From Octopus vulgaris (lineage: Eukaryota), in assembly GCA_951406725.2 (NCBI GenBank), contig OX597822.1:40052001-40116000 (forward strand): a stretch of 64,000 bases of DNA, written 5' to 3'. Below, in pieces: positions 38,161 to 51,751 of this stretch; the stretch's first letter is position 1; every line of letters begins with the position of its first letter. The notes under the pieces were generated by a model. The model searched no databases. It worked only from the letters and a program-made list of their open reading frames with translations, and was not told the DNA's origin. The position numbers and the translations under genes were made by a program.

Positions 38161-39128
38161 TTTGCTACACATCCTTAATAATGAAACTTGGTAGATCCAA
38201 AAGTTAAACAAACAGACACACAAGTTGAGTTTTATATATATATAGATTTCTCAACGGGGATTTCAGGAAGTCACTGTCGATGTATCGTGATGATCAAAAA
38301 TCCGGCCTGCTAAAATTTGGCTAAAGTGATTCAAACTGCAAACTCAACGCAAAATGGTGACATTTAATTCAAAGCATTAAAAATGTTATGAAAACGATTG
38401 GTATGTGTTCACAAAGTCCAAACGATTAATACGAAAAAACCCAGTTGCGTGATGAATTTCGGAACAGAAATAGCGCAGTTCAATTTTCATTCGCCTAAAC
38501 TTTAAGTGACCCATTTTTGGTGGTTCTATGATTTGTTGGCTAGGAGATGTGCCAGGAATTTAAACACACACACACACACACACACAGATACACACACAGA
38601 CACACAAGTTGAGTTATATATATATATATATATATATATAGATATAGATATACACACACGACGAATTTCTTTCAGATTCCGCCTACCAAACTACCAAAAA
38701 GACACTTGACCAAATTGCCACGCAGTGATACTGAACCAGGACAAAAGATGTTGGTGTGTTTACGTCCCTGTAAATTAGCGGTTCGAGAAAAGATGCTGAT
38801 AGAATAAGTACTAGGCTTACAAAGAATAAGTTCTGGGGTCGATTTGTTTGACTAAAGGCGGTGCCCCCAGCATGGCCGCAGTCAAATGACTGAAATGAGT
38901 AAAAGAAAAGAATATATTTCTTTGAACTGGTAACATATTTCTTGTTATACACAGCACTGCTTAGCGCTGTGAACTTAATGTATTTACACTTATTTGTCTA
39001 CAGCGAAAAATGTTCTCAATGACAAAACACGATGAATGGCTTTCTTACGGGTTTGATTATGCCTCAAACATATTTGAGCCGGTAGCAAGTTTGTATTTAT
39101 GCACATCACTACTTAGCACTGTCACCCC

Positions 39129-39184
<56 letters not shown>

Positions 39185-39666
39185 ATAAATGGTGGGGTTG
39201 TATTGACCGCACGTGGAGAAATGATAGGAGGGAGAAGAAAAATTATAAAAAGGCAGAATGTAAATTGAAGGTAAATTTTAATAAATTTGGGTGTAAGGAA
39301 AATTACAAAAATAATAACTCTAACCGGTTTTCATCGCAAAGCAAATTTTCAAGATTTGAAAGGTGAAAAGAATTTTTTTTTAAATTGAGGAAGGGGAAAA
39401 AAGAAATTTACAATGTTTTTTCAAAAAAAATAATAATAAACATATACATAAATTAAAAGATAAGTATAACGATACTTTGTAGAGTCTTTGTTTATTGAGT
39501 TCAATAATAGTCCTTGGAAAAATTTCTTTGGAGGATTAAGATCCATGTGATTAAACGTGGTGCTTAGTTTATGGTGTTTGTTAAATGAATGTCAAAACAG
39601 GAAATGGGGTAGGAGTTATCCAGTTCCTGTGAGTAAGGGGATATATATTTATTTATTTACATACTT

Positions 39667-40078
39667 ATACAAAATTAAGAGGAATGACCACTAAAGTGGA
39701 CACCTAATATGCTAAACGTAGACGTCAAATCGCCATTACCACAAAGAATGTGTTCTCAAGAAAAATCTCAGCAAAACGCCGAAAACGTTGAGCGTTCTGT
39801 ATCTAGTTCTGGAAATTGTGTTTTGTAAGCAACAGACTACACTGACGGTCTTGCAGATATCTGCATGTTTGCATACGTAGATATTAACAAGTGAAACCAA
39901 TGGTACGTAGATAGTCGTTTTTTATTTCGCATATTTTCATTTGTCTTGCTCATTTTTATGTTTTGGCGTTTTGCTGAGATTTTTCTTGAGAACACATTCT
40001 TCGTGGTAATGGCGATTTGACGTCTATGTTTAGCATTTTAGGTATCCACTTCAGTGGTCATTCCTCTTAATTTTGTAT
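39667..40078. mobile_element. Foldback element with ~125-bp arms and an HHR-like motif in the spacer
   Basis: 39667-39790 is the reverse complement of 39955-40078; spacer CTAC-A-CTGACGG-T-CTTG..CAAG-T-GAAA-CCAATGG-TA-CGTAG at 39837-39910. Confidence 0.7.
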
Positions 40079-40482
40079 GAAACACAATTTTTAATCTTCG
40101 GGTATTTTCAATATGCTAATCCACTGGTTTTAATTGATTAATATCAATTTCTACCCTTATCTAATTTTATATATGTATATATTTGGTCAAATACGTTTTT
40201 TTTTTTTTTTCGTTTGCTAGCAATAGCCAGTTCTTTTGATCGGGCTATCATATCTCCAGCTGCTTCAGATGCCGAGATATCAAAAATTGTCAAAGAATAG
40301 TGCAACGGTTTTACTGTGGAATGGTGAAACTATTTTTGTTCTTCTGAAAAAGCAAAGTTTTGGACTTACGACACTTTTGCACAATAGCATCGATATTCTT
40401 TTATTTTTTATGCTTCAGCTTTGAGGCTGCGGCTGTACCGGTTCGCTGTATGCATACATATATATATACATGTGTGTATGTA

Positions 40483-40513
<31 letters not shown>

Positions 40514-40524
40514 GTATTACTGGG

Positions 40525-40730
40525 TGGAGGCGTATGGCTTAGTCATTCTGGTGTTGAACTCATAATCGTAAGATTGTGGTTTCGATTCCTGAACCGGGCG
40601 ACGCGTTGTGTTCTTGAGCAAAAAAACTTGCTCCAGTCCACTCAGCTGACACAGATAAGTAATCCCACAACAAATCAGCTTCCCACCCAGGAGATAAATA
40701 TATGCGCCCTTTGAGTCTATATGATTCGAG
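40525..40730 (+). mobile_element. SINE family C head 1, degenerate
   Basis: gtggaggcgtatggcttagt...ggtttcgattcctgaaccgggcgacgcg. Confidence 0.75.
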
Positions 40731-41549
40731 AAAGATCTCTCTCGCTATATTTTTATATATATATATATATACATATATATATAATGTGTATGTGTGAATG
40801 ATTACATAAATGGTTACAAATTACACAACATTTACAGAGAGCTTGCCCTTCTTCTTGTGCGATAAACCTGCTAATAAATATGTATGTGTGTGTGGAGGAG
40901 GGAGAGAGAGAGAGAGCAAACGAACAACCGAGAATGTACGTGTAAAGTGGGACATGAAGGCGGTTTGGTTGCTATCTCTAGCATCTTTAACAAACAAGAT
41001 ACTTCCTGCATAGAGAGACCGAAGGCGTATAATTGTTTATAGTATCCCCCCCCCCCCGTTTTGTAATAAGGCAAAATTTGTTTCCTCTTTCATTGTTTTG
41101 AAAGGAAATGTTAAATCCTTAAAAAAAAAAAAAAACTTCAAAATGTTTTAGCCCGAAGGCCGCGGCCATGCTGGGGCACCACCGCTGTTGTTTAGAAGTG
41201 AATGTAAAGTGGCAGGGAATCGAAACCGAAGAAAGAAACGCTACTGAGACATAATTCTACCAAGGATCGTTGGTCATTCCTTAAGACAGTTCTTTCTCTT
41301 CTATCAAGCAATGAATATTAAACGTGATTAAATATTGTGTATGTATGTATATATGAGTGCACGTATACATACACAAATTTGCATACGTTTGTGTGTGTGT
41401 GTGTGTTCTACATAGATGCAATGAAAGAAAATCTAGTCAAGACTAGTTCCCTCCCCCTCTCATCCTCCACTCACATAAACATAGGTGTACAATGAAAAAT
41501 TATTAGTCTGTCCCTCCCACACAAACTTACATATATATACACATACACA

Positions 41550-41597
<48 letters not shown>

Positions 41598-42419
41598 TGC
41601 GTAGGCTTACTTCCACATACACATACTTAAAAATATATCGATATATTCATAACCCACTCTCTCTTTCATTTTCCCATCTCTTCTCCTTATCTCCTCGTTC
41701 ATTTCCTTTATCATTATGCTTTCACACACACACACACACACTTATTCATTCTCTTTCCTCTGTCACTCCCACACTTACTCGCTCTTCCATCACCATTCTC
41801 TCATAACTAATCTCTCTCTCCCTCCCTTATTCTTCCTCGCTCTCTGCCCTCTCTCTCTTTCTTTTCTAACAATCTACAGTGTCGCATACGTATCTCTCTC
41901 ACTCTTTCTCTCTCTCTCTTTCTCCTACACATTCATTAACGCATACATTATCCAACTCATTATTCTGTCACTTCTCCCTCCTTCGCTCTCTTTGACCACT
42001 GCCATCGCCACCACTCCCTCCTCGACCATTATCCTCCTACTACAACCTCCACAACCACCGTTATATAACTACTATGTGCTCTGTGCACCACCACCATCAT
42101 TGTATAATATCACCGTTTTACTATCACCACTACCGTCACCATCACTGTCACCACAGCTTCAATCATATCGCCACTACCGTCTCCATCCCCATGACTTCCT
42201 TTACGTGCGCCACCACCGCCAACAACATAATGATTACTATCATCAACATCATCAACTCCATTATAACCACTTCCTTCAACACCGCCACCACCATTATCAC
42301 CACGACCGCCACCGCCGCCATTATCTCTATTATGAAATTTGTGCCAACCTCCCTCATACATAAACATGAAACAAATTTCATAAAAGATAAATAAAAGAAA
42401 ACTAAAAAAAGAAAACGAC

Positions 42420-42870
42420 CATTTAAAAATGGTGCTTCCAGCTATCCTGATCCGAACATCAATAGAAAGCTTTTTCAAAGTCTTGACGTAGACCACGCCA
42501 CCCTCCGCTAACCGCTTTCTCTCCCTCCCAAGTTAATCTCAATATCCTTCATCATTTGTCATCGAGCAGGCATCGTTGTCGGACGGCTCTTCTAGGTCTG
42601 TGCAGTTCGACTGTATCTATTATTCGAGGTCTTGCAACAGAGACACATTTGTATAGCATACCTGTAAACAACTGAGGTTACCTCTTGTGTAAGCACTGAG
42701 CTACTATTTCTTACCAAGTAACCAACTCACAACCTCACCACGGTTTTGCTAAATACTTCAAACCAACAGCTTTAAGTGACTATTTTCAAACGAAACGCTC
42801 TTTTAAAATTATACAACTTTCTGCTGGCGATTTTCTTTTCATTTCGTTTCGGCGACCATTTTAGGTAAGT
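42420..42870 (+). promoter_or_regulatory. Candidate promoter/non-coding first exon ending at a splice donor
   Basis: Non-repetitive, CpG-containing block; consensus donor AG|GTAAGT at 42864/42865; YY1-like gcgaccatttt just upstream. Confidence 0.35.
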
Positions 42871-43095
42871 ATTTGTTTATGTTAACGCTACGTTAGGAGT
42901 GGTTGTTGTTGTTGTTGTTTTTCTTTCCCATTATTGTTCTAATTGTTATGACATTATTGTTCTAATTGTTATGGTGATGGTAATGGTGGGGGCTTAATGC
43001 TGTTGATTTTGCTGCGCATTTTGTTTGTCGGACATTTTAGTTTGGGAAGGCTTTTGTCTGTGATGACCACTATGATCCCAATGATAACGAGAATT

Positions 43096-43369
43096 ATAGA
43101 GATGATGATAGAGATGATGATAGAGATGATGATAGAGATGATGATAGAGATGATGATAGAGATGATGATAGAGATGATGATAGAGATGATGATAGAGATG
43201 ATGATAGAGATGATGATAGAGATGATGATAGAGATGATGATAGAGATGATGATAGAGATGATGATAGAGATGATGATAGAGATGATGATAGTGATGATGA
43301 TAGTGATGATGATAGTGATGATGATAGTGATGATGATAGAGATGATGATAGAGATGATGATAGTGATGA
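43096..43369. repeat. 12-bp minisatellite (atagagatgatg), about 23 copies
   Basis: Directly visible; a block of atagtgatgatg variants lies near the 3' end. Confidence 0.95.
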
Positions 43370-44099
43370 CTGATGTTGATGACTGATAATGATAATAATC
43401 AGTAATGATGATGACAATAATTATGACGTCGACGACCCTAACAAAGGTAAGGCACCGATGATGATGATAGCGCTGATGATGATGATGATATCACTGGTTT
43501 GGATACTGATGATAGCTAGAAGTAAAAACGAGGAGTATGTTGATGTTGATGTCGATGATGGTGATGCTGTTAATGGGGAAGATATTGCGGGTGACGAGGA
43601 GGATTTTAAGGAGGGAATCTTTATTTTGTTCTTGTCGTTGTTTCTGTTGACATTTTAAAAATATCCTGAGTTGCTACTGTTGTTGTTGTTGTTGTTGTTT
43701 AGCTTCTGGTTACCTCTGATCCAAAACCTTACAAATGTAAACGCTCTCTCTCTCTCTCTTTCTTTCTGTCTCTCTCTCTCACACACACTCTCTCTTTCTC
43801 TCTGCCTGACACATTTATATGTATGAGTGTACATGGGCTTCCATACTTCTATCAAATTTTACTCGAGGTCTTAATCAACTCGAGTCTTTAGTGGAAGACA
43901 CTTGTAGAAGGTAAAATGCTTAAGAACATTTCGTCCGTCCTCACGTACTGTATTCAAATGCCACCGAGCTCGACTTAGCCTTCCATTCACTTGGCATCGA
44001 TAAAATAAGTACCAGTTGATCACTGAGATCGTTGTATTCGATTAGCTCCTCTCCACTCCATCCCAAAGTTGCTGGTCCTATGCCAAAAATTTGAAACCA

Positions 44100-44144
<45 letters not shown>

Positions 44145-44145
<1 letters not shown>

Positions 44146-44705
44146 GGCGGCGAGCTGGCAGACTCGTTAGCACGCTAGATGAAATGCTTAGCGGTATTTC
44201 GTCTGTCGTTACGTTGAGTTCAAATTCCGCCGAGGTCGACTTTGCCTTTCATCCTTTCGGGGTCGATTAAATAAGTACCAGTTACGCACTGGGGTCGATA
44301 TAATTGACTTACTCCGTTTGTCTGTCCTTGTTAGTCCTCTCTATGTTTAGCCCCTTGTGGGTAATAAATAAATAGGTATTTCGTCTGCCGTTACGTTCTG
44401 AGTTCAAATTCCGCCGATCTCGACTTTGCATTTCATCCTTTCGGAGTCGATTAAATAAGTACCAGTTACGCACTGGGGTCGATATAAACAACTTAATCCG
44501 TTTGTTTGTCCTTTCTGTGTTTAGCCTCTTGTTGAGTAGTAAAGAAATATGTATTTCGTTAGTCTTTACGTTTCGAGTTCAAATTCCGCAGAGGTCGACT
44601 TAGCCGTTCACCCTTTCGAGGTCAATCAAATGAGTACCAACTGAATGCTGGGGGCCGATGTAAACGACTGGCTCCCTCTCGCTAAATTATAGGCTTTGTG
44701 CCTAT
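44145..44705 (+). mobile_element. SINE A head-to-tail trimer after (ATT)n
   Basis: One headed copy, then two headless units rejoining at gtatttcgt. Confidence 0.85.
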
Positions 44706-45502
44706 ATTACAATTTTAATATTAGTTTAGAATCCGCAGCTCAGAGAGTCAGCTGTAATATTATATTCAGCTGGACTGTGGTATGGTTTAAAACCAACCTA
44801 CATGAACTTTACGCTGATTTAGAAATAAGAATTAAAATTCGTTAAAGCTTTACCAACATAATCGTACAGGAGCAGACCAATATTACAGAAAAATTATGTC
44901 TGATTTCGTTCCCTCGTCCAGATTGTTTACTTCTTGATGTGAAGTGAAACCTATATAACAACTCTCAAGGTAGATGAAGTGACAAGTGTATAACTAAGGA
45001 TATATCGTTCAAAGATATTGTTTCTTAACACAGCACATTCAATACTGCCTGTGTGGATAGTTACACAAAAAAGAATAAAACGTTTCGATAAAATACAATT
45101 TAAAAAATAGTTATTTCATGGTTATCTATAAACATCCAGACATCTGATAGTATTGAAAATAACCATGGTATTGTTAATTATTCTTATAAATTGCCTGTGG
45201 AATACCGGATTTAGTTGAACAGCAAACAAAAGGGCTTGGTGGTATTTATCACAGCTCTTCGCGCCTTGATTTCAAATGCCACTGGAATCAACTTTATCGT
45301 TCATCCTTTCGGGGTTGTTGGCTTAGTAGACTTTTCTCACACCAAATATTTAGGTCTTGTGTTAGTGTAAGAAAATGATATTATAGTGATGTCTAACGTA
45401 CGACCGAACTAAATATAGCTGCGAAGTCTAACCTAAAAGCCTATCTATATCTAAATTATACTGCTGATGTTTAACGTGAAACCATTGAAATATTACTACG
45501 GT

Positions 45503-45675
45503 AGGCGTGGCTGTGTGGTAAGAAGCTTGCTTTCCAACCACATGGTTCCGGATTCAAATCCACTGCGTGCCACCTTGGACAAGCGCCTTCTACTAGAGCT
45601 TCGGGCTGGCCAAAACCTTGTGAGTGGATTTGGTCGGCAGAAATTGAAAGAACCCCCAATGTATATGTGTGTGTG

Positions 45676-45730
<55 letters not shown>

Positions 45731-46190
45731 GTGTGTGTGTCTTTGTCTCTCACGACCGCTTGACAACCGGACATGGTATGTTTACATCCTCGTAACTTAG
45801 CAGTTCGGCAATAGAGACTGATGGAATAAGTACTAGGCTTAAAGAAATAAGTGGAGGCGCGTGGCTTAGTGGTTAGGGTGTCAGCATCAGGATCGTCAGA
45901 TTGTGGTTTCCATTCCTGGACCGGGCAACGCGTTGTGTTCTTGAGCAAAACACTTCATTTCACGTTGCTCCAGTCCACTCAGCTGGCAAAAAATGAGTAA
46001 CACTGCGATGGACTGGCGTCCCGTCCAGCTGGGGGGAACACATACACCACAGAAACCGGGCCCATGAGTCTGGATAGGCTTGAAAAGGGCGACGTTTATC
46101 GTTAAAGAAATAAGTCCTGGGATAGATTTGTTCGACTCAAGATGGTGCTCCTGCATGGCTTCAGTCCAATGACTGAAACAAGCAAAAAGA
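45503..46190 (+). mobile_element. SINE B with a nested SINE C (45853-46101)
   Basis: 14-bp TSD ttaaagaaataagt at 45839-45852 and 46102-46115. Confidence 0.85.
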
Positions 46191-46327
46191 ACAAAGGGCC
46201 TCTAACATAACACCAAACTAAATATTGCGATGTAACATAAAACCTATGCGAATATTCCCGCGATGTCTGCATATGGCCTTAATGTGATGTTTGGCGTAAA
46301 ACACAATTTAATATTACTGTTATTCTA

Positions 46328-47412
46328 AGGCAGCGAGCTGGTAGACACGTTAGCACGCCGGGCGAAATGCTTAGCGGCATTTTGTCTGTCTTTATGTTCT
46401 GAGTTCAAATTCTGCCGAGGTCGACTTTGCCTTTCATCATTTCGGAGTCGATAAATTAAGTACCAGTTTCGAACTGGGATCGATCTACTCGACCGGCCCC
46501 CTCCCTCAAAATTTCAGGCCTTATGCCTAGTGTAGAGAAAGTTATTCTGAAGCGGTAAGCTGGCAGAATCGTTAGCACGCTGAGGTCGACTTAATCGACT
46601 TAACCCTTACACCGAAATTGCTGGCCCAGTGCCAAAATTCGAGACCAATGTTACTCTAATTCTATATTGGTAGATCGATAATTTTTCAACCCACCTTTAC
46701 TAATTTCCAATTCTGTTAAGATTCTCTTTCCATGTCACGGCCATAATCGATTTTAGAACTACCACTCACACAATGGTTTCGAGTTGATCGACAAAATATT
46801 GCCTAGAAATGTGTGACTTTGTATCAACGTAAGAATTTATATTCTACATAGCATAGCAGAAACATCTTGAACACAACAAACAGCAGCACCACTGTAAAAT
46901 TGGCGCGTTTTGTTATTTAATAGATCGATTAATTTGTAGACATACTACTGCATGAGAAATAAAACTGAAGAGAAAAAAAGTGGGGAGAGAAAGATCTCTT
47001 CAGTGGCCCCCTGTCACAATGAATTGTGGGGATACATCATTGTACTGACAAAAGAATAAGCTTTAATTTCTCCTATGGTCCCCAGACTACTGTTCAAATT
47101 CCGCCGAGGTCGACTTTGCGTTTCATCCTTTCGGGGTCGATAAATTAAGTACCAGTTGCGTACTGCGGTCGGCCTAATTGATGCTATCGCTGGGTTACAC
47201 AATACTTTACTCTTTTTACTTGTTTCAGTCATTTGACTGAGGTCATGCTGCAGCAGCATCTTTAGTCGAACAAATCGACCCCAGGACTTAATCTTTGTAA
47301 GCCTAGTACTTATTCTATCGGTCTCTTTTGCCGAACCGCAAAGTTACAGGGACGTAAACACACCAGCGTCGGTTGTCGAGTGATGGTGGTGGGGACAAAT
47401 CCACACGCACAC

Positions 47413-47466
<54 letters not shown>

Positions 47467-47745
47467 TTACATACATACATACACGAAGGGGCTTCTTTCA
47501 GTTTCCATCTACCAAATCCACTCACAAGGCTTTGGTCGACCCGAAGACACTTGCCCAAGGTGCCACGCAGTGGAAAGGGACCAGTCAATTAGATATCTCA
47601 GTACGCAACTGGTATTTAATTTATCGACCCCGAAATTATGAAAGGCAAAGTCGACCTCGGCGGAATTTGAACGCAGAACGTAAAGACAGACGAAATACCG
47701 CTAATCATTTCGCCCGGCATGCTAAAGTGTCTGCCACCTCGCTGC
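46328..47745. mobile_element. SINE cluster: A (46328-46650 plus, 47092-47170 plus, 47590-47745 minus) and B (47205-47575 minus)
   Basis: Matches to families A and B. Confidence 0.8.
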
Positions 47746-49246
47746 TTTTGTATTAATGAAAATATTAATAGTTGTCAACGTTGTAGTCTAGAGACCAGCG
47801 TTGGTCAAGGAGAGCTATGATTGAGAGTTCCAGCCTTGGCTATGTTTACTTTATATCATTCAGAAACTCTGGAGTCCAAAGTATCCTTCTTTATTATTTA
47901 TGATAGAATGAGATTTAAAAGGCATTTCACTACTATTTCAAGCGTACCAAGCGACTTCATAGAAACCCCCTTATTTCGTAATGAGATTTGTGGACCCAAT
48001 TAGATTACTGGAGTTAATGAGGAGTTATTAAAGCACATAGTCGTTCGTCCCTTTCGCTATTGCAGCACGTATTCTGTAGACGATAAAGTTGTGTGATAAG
48101 CCGGCTGATATAACTCTTGAGAGAACACAAGCCGTCACTTACATAGTTATTTCTCATGTTCAGTCTGTATCATTACACGATTTATTCTGAATATTATTCG
48201 CCTTTTCTACACCAAGCAGTGTACAATATTGTACATTTGCTTGGCGATTATGTTATCACTGTTTGGGTAAACACAGTGAACACTAAGCTTTGCTAATGAG
48301 GACTAAATAATACCGAAACATATCTAATTATACCGCTTACTTGCCAAAATATTTAAATGATTAGTCATTAACTAATATCTGTTCATGTAATTCTAACTTT
48401 ATGAACACCCCCACCACTTCTCTCTGTTTCTCTCTCTCTCCCCATCTGTAAGTATAGATGCAAACACACGCACGTACGCACACACGCACGTACGCACACA
48501 TGCACGTACGTACACACGCACGTACGTACACACGCACGCATAATGCCATCTGCCGTTATTTCGTTTTATGAATGTTCGCTGAATAAAACGGCCATGTTTA
48601 TGGTGAAATTGGAGGGAACATGGTCATGTACGATGGTAGCTTGCGGGAATAACAACAAAACTAACGATGATGATGATGATGATTATAATGATGATGGTTC
48701 CATTATTCCATTATCTGTTTTCCTGACTGCGAGACAATCTCAGTGTCTTTATTCCTTCCATTTTTCTTTATCCTCCACTCCACTTACACACACATTGTTA
48801 TAGTCCATTCTCTTGCCCCTCTCTTATCTCAGTCTCTTTCTAACGCTCTTTTACTCTCTCCCTCTCTCCCCATATTTATGCCCCTTCGTATTCCTGTCTC
48901 TCCTTCTCTTTTTACCCTCCCTTCTCTCTCCATGCTTTACTCACAGCTTGTTCATTCTCTCATACTATCACACTCCTACTTTCACACTTATTCCATCTTA
49001 TTCTTCCCGCCAAATAATATATTACGTCTTCATATCCTTCTCCTCCCTTTCACTGTCCTTATATTCGCACATTCTTCTCCGCCCGCCTCCATCTCTTCCT
49101 GACACACAATCAGTCACTAGTTCTACACCTGTCTCTTTTTTATCATTATCATCTTTCTTCCCCTTCACTGCTCCCCTGCTCATTTTCTCCCCATCTCCTC
49201 GTTTTTTCTCTCCTCCCTTGCTCTTGCTCTTCTCCCCTCCCACACT

Positions 49247-49543
49247 TTCTCTTCCCCTCTCGCTCTTTCTCTTCCCCAACTCGCTCTTTCTCTTCCCCAA
49301 CTCGCTCTTTCTCTTCCCCAACTCGCTCTTTCTCTTCCCCAACTCGCTCTTTCTCTTCCCCAACTCGCTCTTTCTCTTCCCCAACTCGCTCTTTCTCTTC
49401 CCCAACTCGCTCTTTCTCTTCCCCCACTCGCTCTTTCTCTTCCCCCACTCGCTCTTTCTCTTCCCCCACTCGCTCTTTCTCTTCCCCCACTCGCTCTTTC
49501 TCTTCCCCCACTCGCTCTTTCTCTTCCCCCACTCGCTCTTTCT
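49247..49543. repeat. 21-bp minisatellite ctcgctctttctcttcccc(a/c)a, about 14 copies
   Basis: Seven -aa units followed by six -ca units, within a CT-rich tract (48760-49580). Confidence 0.95.
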
Positions 49544-50611
49544 CACCGCTTTTTCCTTCTATTCGTCCGCATCTCGCTCTCACTGCTACTCACACAGTCA
49601 CTTCCACTACTCCTCCCAAAGCGCGCGCGCGCACACACACACACAGATTAAATATCCTCTCTTTAAAATACGATACATCCGCCATTTTGATTTGCTACCA
49701 CATCCTATGGAAGTCGCTTTGTACCGACATCCGGGACAATTACAACACCAACATCGACAACAATAACGACTGGAAAATACAATAACAAAATCATCAAAAA
49801 ACAACAATAATAATAATAATAATAACAATAGCGACAACAATCAAAATCAATTTTAACAAAAATAGAGAATAATTTCTAACAGCAAGTCATAGGAATTTTA
49901 GGTGACACTAACCGATTAAATTACCCCAAGATATAACTGGTACTTTTATTTACCCCGATGGAATTTGAACGCAGTAGATAAAGGTGACAATCAAATATCG
50001 TGTTGTGAATCTAGAACTGCAACATCCAGTAATGTGTAATTTTAGCAAAACGGTAGGATGTGGCTGAAAGATTTGGTTGCTATTTCAAGCAACTCCAAAG
50101 ATCACATAGAGGTTCCTTCGTTTACTCGAAACACCACATGTCTTTATAGTTGGTGGTCTACCGTTCTTTCTTTATTGCGTCGTAACATTAACATTTGTTT
50201 TAGGTGTAAAGATAAATTTTGTGTGTGTGGCGGGGTTATGAACATTTTATATATACTAACCAACTTCAGTAATGACTTGAACTTAATGCAACAAGCCTGA
50301 AACATTATATATATATGTAGTAGGATAAAAAAGAGCAAGTTCTTGGTACAGTATTATTCATATTTGAAAGAATGAGTAGAGATAGCTTTTTTGAAGAGAT
50401 AATTTTTATTGTAATCTTAATAATAATCTTAATAATAGTTATTTTAATCTCAATAATAATCTTAATAATAGTTATTTTAATCTCAATAATAATCTTAATA
50501 ATAATTATTTTAAACTTAATGTTTATATTATTAAGATTAAAATAAAAAAAATGATTTCCTCAAAAAAAGCCATCTCTACTCATTCTTTCAAATATATATA
50601 TATATATATAT

Positions 50612-50980
50612 AGTGGCTGTGTGGTAAGTAGCTTGCTTACCATTCACATGGTTCCGGGTTCAGTGGCGCCTTGGGCAAGTGTCTTCTATAGCCTCGGGCC
50701 GACCAAAGCCTTGAGTGGATTTGGTAGACGGAAACTGAAAAGAAGCCCGTCGTATATATATATATATATATATACACGACGTTTTCTGTGTTTCTCCCCC
50801 AACATCGCTTGACAACCGATGCTGGTGTGTTTACGTCCCCGTAACTTGGCGGTTCAGCAAAAGAGACCGATAGAATAAGTACTAGGCTTCCAAAGAATAA
50901 GTCATGGGTCGATTTGCTCGACTAAAGGTGGTGCTCCAGCATGGCCGCAGTCAAATGACTGAAACAAGTAAAAGAGTAAA
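50612..50980 (+). mobile_element. SINE B
   Basis: Match to family B. Confidence 0.85.
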
Positions 50981-51534
50981 GGTTATATATATATAAACAG
51001 ATAACGGAGTTACAAACAGAATTGGAATGAAGACTGTTCTTATGTTTCAGCCTTGTTTTCATCAAAGAAAAGACAGAAGGGAAAACGTACAAGAACGGAG
51101 AAAATAAACTAGTTCTGTACAATGAAGTAAGCGAGAGATTGTTTGTAATAATGGTGGGAAGTAAATGATGGAGTTAATTTTATAAACTAAAAGAGTGATA
51201 ATAAAGGGAGGTAATGAACCGGAGAGTCGAACGTATGCGTATTTTACACAATGTGTGTATGTATATATTGTGTGCAAGATGTCCGTTGCTGTGTTATAGG
51301 CTAAGATTGTGTATGTGAATATGTTACGTCTATGTGTGTTGTATGTGTTTGATTTGAATCAGCTAGATGACATGCAAAGTTGATCTCAGTAGCGACTTCG
51401 GAAACAAATCTACAGTAAGTAAATCTGAACAAACGGTCTGCAAATAATAGAAGCAAAAACCTCTACAAGCCACACTCTATCTATACTGCTTGTAAATATT
51501 TTGTTAATATCACGTTCCTTCCGCTTCATTTTGA

Positions 51535-51720
51535 ATTAACACAACTTTTGATCTTGAGTATTTTTTCCAAATAATTCTTTCGTTTCAATTTTGTTCTTCT
51601 CGACTTCTAGTATTGATAAACGCTTATATTCTTCCTCTTCAACCTTCTTCATTACCTTACCATTACGTAACACCAACACAAATACTGCTATTGTCTTCAC
51701 ACCGCTTTGCTCTGAATTCC
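51535..51720 (-). pseudogene. R4/Dong-clade LINE fragment
   Basis: NGKVMKKVEEEEYKRLSILEVEK resembles ..EEGYKYLGILExD. Confidence 0.6.
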
Positions 51721-51751
51721 GTTCCTTTGTTTTATTAAACTTTAGGTAATT

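Noticed and set aside
42997-43417. IEMM-repeat ORF suggestive of a Met-rich protein such as reflectin
   Set aside because: A 12-bp minisatellite; lacks the reflectin M/FD(X5)MD motif and Tyr/Arg content
48813-49766. 317-aa ORF with SLFLFPN repeats
   Set aside because: 21-bp minisatellite within a CT tract; open in several frames on both strands
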